This document shows, piece after piece, positions 53,937 to 64,000 of a stretch of DNA of 64,000 bases. The DNA lies in NCBI RefSeq assembly GCF_009914755.1, contig NC_060931.1. One strand, written 5' to 3'. Both the position numbers and the translations under genes were made by a program. Each line of letters starts with the position of its first letter. Within the stretch, counting starts at the first letter, position 1. A model generated the notes under the pieces. That model was not told where the DNA came from, searched no databases, and worked only from the letters and a program-made list of their open reading frames with translations. The stretch is from the human T2T-CHM13v2.0 reference genome, Homo sapiens.

Positions 53937-54234
53937 GACAGAGTCTCGCTGTGTCACCCAGGCTGGAGTGCAGTGGTGTGATCTCAGCTCACTGCAACCT
54001 CCATCTCCTGGGTTCAAGTGATTCTTGTGCCTCAACCTCCTGAATAGCTAGAACTACAGGTGTGCACCACCATGCCCAGCTAATTTTTGTGCTTTTAGTA
54101 GAGACAGTGTTTCACCATGTTGGCCAGGCTGGTCTTGAACTACTGGCCTCAAGTGATCCTCCCACCTCAGCCTCCCGAAGTGCTGGGATTGCAGGCGTGA
54201 GCCACTGCACCCAGCCTGAGCCACCACACTGGCC
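53909..54234 (-). mobile_element. AluS with a duplicated 5' terminus
   Basis: Long poly-T, dimer ending cccagcc at 54216, followed by tgagccaccacactggcc. Confidence 0.92.
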
Positions 54235-54245
54235 TGGAGCATCTG

Positions 54246-54600
54246 TTTTTTTAATTAAACTTTTTAATTTTGAGGTAATTGTAGATTCACATGCAGTTGT
54301 AAGAAATAATTGAGACCCCATGTGACCTGTACCCAGTTACCTCCAATGGTAGTATCTTAGAAAAGCTATAGGAAAATCACTCAGCCAGATTATTGACATC
54401 GATATACTACATCAATCTTACTCAGATTTCTCATTTTATTTGTACTCATTTGTGCATGTGTGTGTATTGAGTAAGCTTCAAGCAATTTTATCATGTGTGT
54501 AGACTTGTATATGACCCCTACAGTCAAGATACAGAACAGTTCCAATACCACAGGAATCCCTTGTGTTGGCCTTATATTACTACACTTACTTCCCTCCTCT
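54246..54600 (-). mobile_element. L1MC 3' end
   Basis: attttgaggtaattgtagattcacatgcagttgtaagaaataat...cagtcaagatacagaacagttcca. Confidence 0.8.
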
Positions 54601-55869
54601 TCTCCTCCCGATGGGGCATCAATTTTTCTTTGAGCTTTTCTGAACTCTTATGCATAATAAAGAGAAATTGAATTATGAAAATTATTTGCCCTCCATGAAG
54701 CATTTGAGGTTTTAGAAAAGGAGGCCTCATTGTGTTGGATGCAGTCAGAGCTTCTTTCCTGAACATAGACTTGATTCAATCCCCATTCACCTCCCTGGCT
54801 GGGCACCTTTGTGAAGATCATAGCCTGCTGTGGCTTTGCATTCAAGGCAACAACAGTGATAAGAGCCATCGCATGTTAGTAAGCTTTGTCTTTTGGAAAA
54901 ATTCAGTTGACAATATTCCACTGAAATAATAATGAATTTCCAGATAAATAAAGATATTGCTTCCAACCTCAGAGGTTTCTTGGGAATTTACAAGTAATAG
55001 CATCTAAGATGCATGATTAGCTTCTAATTGAGACTAAGATGGTATCATTCTCTGGAATAACCGATTTACACTTAATACAGACCGTGAGAATTTCGAAAAT
55101 TCTTCTTTTTTTAAAGTAACAAATCAGCTCCAGTTTCTACCCTTTATTGCAAGCTGAGAGTTAAAAAAAAAAAAAGAAAAAAAAAAAACAGAAAGAAAGA
55201 AACCTCCCAGGCTGACACTCCCCATCTGCTACTCTAGGCATTTTTGCCCATCTGATATAAAATGCCAGCAAGGAAGTCCTCAAAGCCAGCCCAATGGCTC
55301 CATAAAATATAGTCTTCTTGTCACCCTTAGTGTTTAAATCATTTGTTGTCAAACTGGGTGGCTTTCAGAGTTGACATTTACTGCTGTTTGCTGCAAAAGA
55401 GATTACAGCCTCAAGGAAAGGGCCAGAACTGTCATTAGCACTGCCAACTATGAGAACAAAGACCCTGGTTAATTTTTTTTGACTGTTGCTGTCCTGTAGT
55501 TCTCAAGTGATGGATTTTCAACAAGAGACACTCATGAAGTGTTTACTCAGTGGTCCCAATAGTCTCATGTATATACAGACACTCAGGCCCACACAAACAA
55601 AGAAATTTTAAAAGATCCTTTACTTTCCCTCTCCTAACCCCCATCTCTCACTCTCTTTCACTTCTTCCTCTTTCCAAAGTCTCTAGGTTAGCTCCAATAT
55701 GGATATGCCCTTCATGCATGAGGAATTCATACCAGTAGTCAGAATGAATTTAAAGAAGCTTTCAAAGATTTAATTCAACAAAGATGTATCAAGTGTTATT
55801 TATGTTTATGACGCTATGACAATTGCTCCAGAGGACACCAAAATGAGTCTCTTCCCTCAAGAAAAAGAA

Positions 55870-56095
55870 AACTAATATTTATCAAGCATTCCTATGAAAC
55901 CGAGCATTTCCTATTTGTCACTTCCTGCTATTCTCAAGGCAACTCTGTGAAATAGGTACTACGATTTCCACATCAGGAAACAGAAGCCCAGTCAGGTTAA
56001 GGGGTTTGCCCAAGCTCACACAGCTAGTAAGAGGTAAAGCCGACAGTTACCCCAGGTATATCTGACTCAAGTCCATGATTTTTCTATACCACATC
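55870..56095 (-). mobile_element. MIR
   Basis: ggaaacagaagcccagtcaggttaaggggtttgcccaagctcacacagctagtaag. Confidence 0.75.
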
Positions 56096-56243
56096 CTTGA
56101 GGGAGCTCACAAAGAAGGGATATAGAGTTATGGAAATATAGAAATGCAAGTATATATAAAACTGTAATACAAAGTAGATTATAGGAAATTGTGTAAGAAA
56201 TGTTGAATCAAGGGATTATAAAGAAATCCAACATATGATTGAT

Positions 56244-56627
56244 ATGGTAGATGCTATGATAATCCCCTTTCAGTAAGTGCCCATCCCAGCTGCTGGGAGT
56301 GCTTGGGGCATATGACTTTTAGCTGTCAGCCCCTTCAGGGAATGTCCCATCTGCAGAGAGCCACCTTGTCCAAGGTCATGCCCCTTCTTGAGAAGCCCAC
56401 AGCCCTGACTGATTGATACAGAAGTAAAAGGCTTGATGACCTAGGCTCACTCGGGACACTTCTTAAGGACCACTCCAGCTCCCGATCTCCCCATGTGTCA
56501 TCTGCATCTGTGGTTCATTGTAGCTCCTGCTTTCTTCTTCTCTCTTCCACAGGTGTTGAGCCAAGGGCATTCCTGAGTGTGAAACTTTAGCTCAGAGATT
56601 GCTTCCGTGAGAACTCAACTCATGAGA
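56244..56627 (+). mobile_element. LTR16-family LTR (ERVL)
   Basis: cccagctgctgggagtg...gccccttcagggaat...cccttc...cttccacaggtgttg...ctcagagattgcttcc. Confidence 0.7.
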
Positions 56628-57106
56628 GTTGGGTAGAAAATTATTCACAGTAAAGGTGCTGCATAAAGTAGGCCTTGGGTACAAAGTAGGATTTCAACAC
56701 AACAGCCAGGTAGTTATTTTCAGAAAAGCAGTTTCTACTGTTCTGTGGAAGGTCTTGAAGACTAGATGAGTCTGTACACAGTGGAGAAATCAAGATCCAC
56801 TGAAGGCTTTAAGCAGAGGCATCACATGAAGCAGGCTGTGCCTTGGAAAAATGGTGTGGTCATACTATTAGGCTGAATAATGAGGATGGAAGCAAAAGTC
56901 CAGGAGGCCATGGAGGAGACAGTGGTCCAGATAATTTCCATCATCAGAGCGTTAGGCTTTCAGGCAGAAAACAGGTTTGAATCCTGGCTCTGCCACTTCC
57001 TCTGAGAGATTTTGGGAAGTCACTTAATTCCTCCAAATCTCACTTTCTTTCTCTGCCAACTAAAATAATATTTATAGTGTGCAATGTGTGGGAGTTTGCA
57101 AAGCAT

Positions 57107-57158
57107 TAACACACATACACACACACACTCACACACACACACACGCACACACACGCAC
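57107..57158 (+). repeat. Imperfect (CA)n microsatellite
   Basis: Directly visible run. Confidence 0.9.
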
Positions 57159-57218
57159 ATATAAATCCCTAAACAAACATAAGTTCTAGTTGTGGAGATA
57201 AAGAGGGGTGACCTAGAG

Positions 57219-57428
57219 CAGTGGTTGGCAAATTCAGTTAGCCTGGGGTTTTTTTTTGTAAATAAAATTTTACTGGAACATAACCATATCCATTCATTTA
57301 GATTTCATCCGTGGCTACTTTCAAGCTACAATGGCAGAGATGAGTGGTTGCAATCAAGACCATATGGACCCACAAAACCCAAAATATCTGCGATCTGGCC
57401 CTTTCCATAAAGAGTTTGCCACCTCCTG
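57219..57428. mobile_element. MER58A
   Basis: cagtggttggcaaa...tgtaaataaaattttactggaaca...ctggccctttccataaagagtttgccacctcctg. Confidence 0.85.
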
Positions 57429-58389
57429 ATCCTGAGTATCATAACAGAAGTAAAAAGAGGTGACTGATATAAAGGATAGAACAGGGGTAAAATCTATAAG
57501 ACCCAGCAACGCTCGGGATTAGGGAAACAGAATGACATGAAAAAGAACAAATAACTCTGGGATTTCCACTGGGGTCCTCGTGAGAGTGGTATTGTCTTAA
57601 CCCCACTGAATAAATTAGGAAGGATAGTTTCATTTAATGACTGGTGCATTTTGAATTTCAGATGCTAGTAAAACTGTTCAGCAGGCAGATGAAAATGTGA
57701 ATTTGGTTCTTTGGCAAGAGCTCAGAGATGTTTTCATTTTTGGAACAGTGTACATAGACATGAAAAAATAATGAAAAACTGGTGATTCTGTGGGCAATAT
57801 AAATAATCTCAATTTTAATCTCCCACTTTTAAACGGATCAAGTTCTGTCTTACATTTGAGAAGTCATCCAAAGGTTTTAATGCTTAAAATTGGAGAGTTA
57901 AGGTAAGACTTTGCTAATTATTATCATACAAGCAGAAAATGAGAAAAGGGCAGTGATATTTTATTGTTGCTAGAAAGGAAATGTTTTAGAACCTGGCAAA
58001 GGCCCCTGCAATGGAGGGCATTTGACTATGTTGCTGACACTAAGCCACATTTGAAATTCATTGTTCAACGGCTGCACACTAGCACGTCCCAAGTGATGTG
58101 GGTCCCGTGAGATATTGAACAGTTTTCTACAAATCAAAGGATTTCAAAGTTAAACCAGATTAAAGAAATTTAAAGCTGTCTTTATTGTGGGACTTCTCAG
58201 ATCCTTTAGTATGGTAATAAGCATTGGGAATACCCCAATGCCCCAAGAGGTAGACACAGTAAGAAGATAAGAAAAGTAAGGTTTAAAGCAGTCACTTGCC
58301 CAGGATTACACAGTTATTAAGAAGGAGAGCCAGGAGTCAAATTTAGAAAATCTGCTTCAGAGTTCTCAGCAATGACACTCACCTACCAA

Positions 58390-58701
58390 CCCAGCTTTAT
58401 TGGGATATAATTGACAAATAAAAAGTGCATATATTTAAAGTGTACAACGTACTGTTTTGATATATGTATATGTTGTGAGATGATTACCACAATCAAGCCT
58501 ACCCATAACCTCATCTACTTACCTTTTCTGTGCTCGTATTTGGTGAGAATACTTAAGATCTACTCTCTTAGCAAATTTTAAGTAAACAAAACACTATTAT
58601 AATATTATCTCTAATTACCAGGCTGTACATTTGATCTCTATAACTTATTCATCTTATAACTGAAAGTCTGTACCCTTTGACCAAAAGTTTGTACCCTTGA
58701 C
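58390..58701 (-). mobile_element. L1MA 3' end
   Basis: cagctttattgggatataattgacaaataaaaagtgcatatatttaaagtgtacaac...cttaagatctactctcttagcaaatttt. Confidence 0.85.
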
Positions 58702-58825
58702 ACTTTCCTAATAATGATGGTGATAAGAGAGGATAATGATGTGTTGGTGAAAACTGTCATTACTGCCGAGCAGTCCCTGTAATACTTGATGTCCCTTGAA
58801 AAGCTGTGGTAATTCTTACACCAGG

Positions 58826-59223
58826 GTATCAGTTACCTGGTGTCAAAACAATGCTGTGTCAACCACCCAAAACTCAGTAGGATACAATAACAAGCATGTA
58901 TTCAGTCTAATGCATCTGCAGGTTGGCTGGGATAGCTTTGCTGATCTCATTTGTGTTTGACTTCAGGCTGCAGATCCAAATTAGGTCTGCTCTGTAGAGC
59001 TCTCATTTGTCTGAGACCAGCCACTGGGACCAGTGGCATATCTGTGATGCCTCCATTTGTGTCACACCTGCAATATTCATTGGCCAAAGCAAGTCACATG
59101 CCTGGACCCAAATCAAAGGGCAGGGATGTATACCTCTAGAGGAGAAATCTGCAAAGTAACAAGGCAAAAACTATGCATACAAGAAAGGGAGAAGAAATGG
59201 AAGCCATTATTCCATCTACCACG
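58826..59223 (-). mobile_element. MLT1-family LTR
   Basis: tatcagtta...aaccacccaaaactcagt...cattggccaaagcaagtcacatg...tctaccac. Confidence 0.7.
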
Positions 59224-59875
59224 ACCCATGTGTAAAATTCATCATGGGAATATGCAATAAAAATTTAATCTATGCTGTTTAAATAATCCACAGAGCCTTG
59301 GCACTATGAATTCAAGTTCAGATAATGCATTATATGACAATAAACTTTTATTCATCTTATCCCAACTTATTTTCAGAATCTGCCCAAGCCTAGGCTAAAT
59401 AAGGTATGTACTCTAGGAATATAGCTCTAAGGATTAGCTAAATGAATTAGTAAGTGGTCAAGTCCTTTGGTTCAAGCATCAGAATTATTCACTTGGCCTC
59501 TCTGTTAATGCTTCTATGGCTCTCAGGCTGCCACACTTGGGTGCTGCTCTTCCATCACCCCTCCCAGGCCAGCAGGACTTAAGGTTTGAATCGAGGTTAA
59601 AGTTGTAGGAGACTAGATATGGCCCACTTGCTTGTGTGTGCATGAGAATCCCTGAGCCTGAGAGGGCTGTCTGGGCCAAGGGTCCAGGGGAATGGTCAGA
59701 GAAGAGTGAAGAGCAGAAAACTGGCAAAATGAGCGGAGGGAGGAGGAGGGTTTAGTAAATAGACCCTGAAAGGAGTCCTCTGAGAAAATGAACGAAAGGA
59801 GGCTAACCTTTCTGTGAAGCTCTCGTGGCCTAGATCTCCAAAGGTTAAGGAAGTTGGAATAATATCTCTGAAACT

Positions 59876-60174
59876 GGCCGGGCGCAGTGGCTCACACCTG
59901 TAATCCCAGCCGTTTCGGAGGCCAAGGTGGGCGGATCACTTGAGGTAGCGAATGCGAGACCAGCCTGGCCAACATGGCGAAACCCTGTCTCTACTAAAAA
60001 TATAAAAATTAGCTGGGTGTGGTAGTGCACACCTGTAATCCCAGTTACTAGGGAGACTGAGGCAAAAGAACTGCTTGAAGCCAGGGGGTGGACGGTTGCA
60101 GTGAGCCAAGTTCGTGCCACTGCATTCCAGCCTGGGTGACAGGGCAAGACTCTGTCTCAAAAAAAAAAAAAAAA
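59876..60174 (+). mobile_element. AluS (the only sense-strand Alu seen)
   Basis: ggccgggcgcagtggctcac...poly-A; TSD atctctgaaact. Confidence 0.95.
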
Positions 60175-60259
60175 ATCTCTGAAACTTACAAGAGTCCTTG
60201 ATGACTCTGATGATGGTGATAATGAATGAATGAAATATTTGATACATGAAAGAGAATAT

Positions 60260-61630
60260 ATATAGCATATATAAACTTTGAAAATATTATAAAATGAGCT
60301 TGTGACCTCGTCACTCAACTTAAACCACTATATTACATTTACTGGTATGCTCCGCCTCCTTCCTGAAGAAAACTACTATGATAATGTTGCACTTACTCTC
60401 TTGCTGTTTTTTAAAAATATTACATCCTGTATGTACATAGCCTTGAACAATGTGTTGCCTAGTTTTCCTCGTATTTGAGTTTTATAGAAGTGCTGTCATG
60501 GCATATCGTGGCACCTTGTCATCATTATGTTCCTGAAATTCTTTCGTGGTTTGGGAGCTGCTGAGTTTCATTCACTTTCACTGCTCCAGTATATGCTTTA
60601 TTAGAAATACACCATAGTGTATGTATTTCTTCTCTTGTCCATAAACATTTAGGCTGTTCTGTGTTTGCTATTATGAACAATTTTGTTCTGAGCAAACTTC
60701 TATGTGTCTCCAGGAACACAGTGACCAAGAGTTTCTCTGGACTATGTAATTCAGAGTGGAGTTTCTGAGTTATAAGGTTTTCAACTATCGCTTGAAATTT
60801 TATTCCATAGTGGTTGTATCTGTTTATAAAGCCACTAGCAGAGGATGAGAGTTTTTGCTGAACCACAGTTTCATCAACACTGTGTACTACCAAAATTCTA
60901 AATGTTTGCCAATCAAGAAGATATAAAACAAATCCCATTATAGTTTTCATTTGTATTTCCCTGATTACTGATAAGGTTGAGCATCTTTTCACAGTTTAAT
61001 TCACCATGTATGTTTCCTCTTCAGTGAACTATTTATTTCTTTTGCTTATTTTCTAATTTCTGTTAGTTTATTTCTTATCAACTTATCATAGTCTGCTATT
61101 AATACTGAATATTAATCTCTTGCCAATTATGCATGATATGAATATCTTGTCCCATTGAGTGGCTTTACCTTTCCACTCCTTTTTGAGTGACCTTTGGTAA
61201 ACAGAAATGCCCAGCCTTGAGGTAGTCAAATGTATCAAACTTTTCTTTGTATGCGTGTGTGTCTTCTTTAAGGGATCTATTCCTTCCTCAAGTTTATAAA
61301 GATATTCTCTTTGTCTCCGAAAAGTCTTGAAGTTTTGCTTTGTGCAATCTATTGGGGATTTTTTTTTTTTTTTTTTTTTTTTTTGCCTGTCATGTGAAGC
61401 AGGGATTCATTAAATATGTTATCTCAATCAACATATTTAATGAGAGAGACACTCTCACTCACTCACCTCCTTAGTCATCTGCAATGCCACCTCTTCCTCA
61501 TATCAGATTGCCTCGTGTGTGAGATATTGCTGGGCCCTCTATGCTGTTGCATTGATCAGTGTGTCTTTCCCTGCACCAAAACCACACCATCGCAATTACT
61601 CTGGCTTTATAATAAGTCTTGATATCTGGT
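60260..61630 (-). mobile_element. Old L1ME-type fragment
   Basis: tttgctattatgaacaat..., gttttcatttgtatttccctgattactgataaggttgagcatcttttca, ggctttataataagtcttgatatctggta. Confidence 0.75.
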
Positions 61631-62897
61631 AGCTCTCCTGGTAACTGGGCTACAACTAGATTTTGAGGGAAAGAATGAGGTTCAAACATTCTAATTAAGA
61701 GAATGAGAGATAGAAAGATGTTAAGGGTTTAGGTCCACTGTTTATTTACAAATAATATCTATTATCTAACTTCTGCCCCTTACGACTGGTCTAAGGTAGC
61801 TGCCATTGGAAATACACACGAGTTACTTTAGCTGTTGCTTATACCCTATTATCAGGTCATTGAACTGTTGCTTTAAAACACAGATAATTCAGACTTCCCA
61901 GTGATTCAGATGAAGGTAGTGATTTGGTTTTCTGCTTTTGCTCCAAGACATCAGCTATTTTGCAAAAAATGATCAACACTTTCTGCTCCATTAGAAAATA
62001 AAGGCACGTGAAGATGTTAACTTCTGTGCTTATTCTGAAGGGGCTTTAATGCTAACATGTCTTGCATTTCTTCAGTATTATTTATATAGAACTTCATGTT
62101 TATAAAGCTAAGACAAGGTGCCTGGATGAACTGGAAGCTTTCTCAGGCGGGTCCTAGGAACTCTGCTATGAACTCTCTTGGCTCTCTATGGACCACACAT
62201 TTTATAATTCATTCTGTATAAACAACACAAATCTTCTGAGCATTTTCCGTGCAGTGAATGTTGAATAAATTCTTTTCAGTGGTGACATTGACTCCTTAGG
62301 CTGTTTATTTGGACTTCCTCAGTAGAGATATATTCATACAAACCAAATAATCTTAAATGTTGTGCCCGGGATGTATTGTAAGTCATGTTTATGAATGGAG
62401 TTTTATATTCTCTATGAAGGTGCAGAAAGAGAATATAGTACACATAATGCTCAGTCCAGTCGGGTACATGGTAGAGTGCATAAAAAGTAGCCCTGGGCAT
62501 GTGAAATGTGTATCTATAGAAATGCATATTTTAAAGAACTTTGAAAATTGGCTAGTGAAAAATATTAAAGTTGAAAAGATTGGCAATGTATATTTAAAAA
62601 TCACTATCTACTAGAGGGAACATGAATATGGTTCAAGAGAGGGAATCAATAGTTAGTAAGGATAAAATGGATAAGAAAAGAAAATTGAAATACAGGCAGG
62701 AAATATATTCAGGCAAGAGAAGTGATGTAATGAAAAGAAAGCAGAATTGAAACCACAGCCTCTTCCATAACAAATGTAAGTGTTAAAATCATAGCGGATG
62801 ATTTTTTCAGTAATTTTGGCTAGAGCAGGAAAAGGGGGTGTCTATAGAACAGCACTTTTAGTGTTTGCTGAGGTGGACAAAAGCAATCACAATTAAT

Positions 62898-62917
62898 GAG
62901 CTCCAGCAGGGGGCAAA
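62898..62917 (+). promoter_or_regulatory. Candidate CTCF site
   Basis: ctccagcagggggcaaa closely matches the CCASYAGRKGGCR core; lies in non-repeat sequence. Confidence 0.55.
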
Positions 62918-63341
62918 GGCAAACAAAGGAAGTTTGATTTTTGCTGTGATTACAAATTAAGAGTAGCTCAAAATCCGTTCTCTAAAGCTTGTTGGGTGCT
63001 CCCAGTTTCCCAGCTTCCCCTCCTCTCTACCCAGGTTCCCAGAGCACCCATAAACTCTCTTCCCTCTCCACTTGTAAAATATCCTTTCAGATCACACTTT
63101 TCTTGGTGCCCTGCAACCTAGGAAAATCTCTCCACTCAACAGTCTACCAGTAACACAAACTCTGCATTTAGGGACACATTGGCCACAATAAATTAGAAGG
63201 AAATTTTACCAAAAGAAAATAAGTATAATGTTTACATTTTTAGATCTGTATTTATAGATATAAATGCAAATGCAACTGATAAGGGATGGCAGTTATATAA
63301 TAATCAAAATTCTTCAATATTATTTATAATTCTTGTATCAA

Positions 63342-63470
63342 TAGAGTTGCAAGAGTTAGCAAATAAAATACACGATGCCCAGGTAAATAAATTGCAAAGA
63401 AACAGCTGTTTAGTATAAGTACATCCCATGCAATATTCAGGATGTACTAATACTAAAAAATTATTCATTG
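63342..63470. mobile_element. MER53 (palindromic hAT MITE), partial
   Basis: gagttgcaagagttagcaaataaaatacacgatgcccag...ttagtataagtacatcccatgcaatattcaggatgtactaatactaaaaaattattc. Confidence 0.75.
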
Positions 63471-64000
63471 CTCTGTAGAGTACAACGAAAGCCCGGACAT
63501 CTCACAGAATAAACAAAAATAGTTCTTAAAAGTTGAGGAAGCATCAATACTGTACATAATTCTACTTCGATATTTATATGCCTCTAACACCCACTAAGGT
63601 TCTTCAGGAATGTTCTCAGCTCTCTGAGACGGGATTTTCTCACCTTTCTCTCTCCTGGTCATTCAGGAGTCCCCAAAGCTTCTTGTCAACCCTAGATATT
63701 ATCAGAGATTCTCTAAGGCTCCTTCTCATGCTTGTTGGTTCTAAGTGCAACTCTGTTGAGACCACAGACCTCTCTAGAAAGAGGCTGCTGGATTTGAGGC
63801 TCCTCCATTCAAAGGGCCAACCCTTTCCTGAGATTCCACCGCTTCTGAGTGCTCCAGCAGTCGCTGCCTTGCACATGGTTGGACCTCCCCAGTACAACGT
63901 TGAACACAGCAGTGACAGCAGATGTCCTTGTTTCATTTGCAATCTCACAGAGAAAGCTTTCAATATTTCTTTTTTCTTTTTTCTCTACCTCCAGGCTCAA

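Noticed and set aside
60525-60992. 155-aa ORF starting MKRCSTLSVIREIQMKT
   Set aside because: Decayed L1 ORF2 C-terminal sequence within an old L1ME fragment.
63400-63470. Hairpin resembling a pre-miRNA
   Set aside because: Explained by the palindromic MER53 element; no evidence of processing.

Overview
Hominid (almost certainly human) genomic DNA: an SVA, AluY elements and a MER41A LTR are present. The first ~9.4 kb is the 3' end of CREB5 on the + strand: a 109-nt coding exon ending the bZIP leucine zipper (1562-1670), then the terminal exon (coding 2607-2770) with a ~6.6-kb 3' UTR ending near AATAAA at 9362. The remaining ~54 kb is intergenic and repeat-rich (Alus, full-length SVA, MER41A, LTR47, MLT1/MLT2, LTR16, L1M, L2, MIR, DNA transposons), with a CpG island at ~37.3-38.2 kb that has no gene I can see. 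No other ORF looks like a real protein, and I found no new protein-coding system. The most notable unexplained signals are three short direct duplications spaced ~0.8-1.3 kb apart (one brackets the zipper exon, one preserves the empty pre-insertion site of the SVA), the orphan CpG island, a MER41A with an apparently new STAT/GAS site just past the CREB5 poly(A) site, a perfect CRE in an MLT1 LTR, a perfect 24-bp palindrome, and a strong Alu strand bias. Repeat subfamily names come from recalled consensus sequences, and boundaries of old repeats are approximate.
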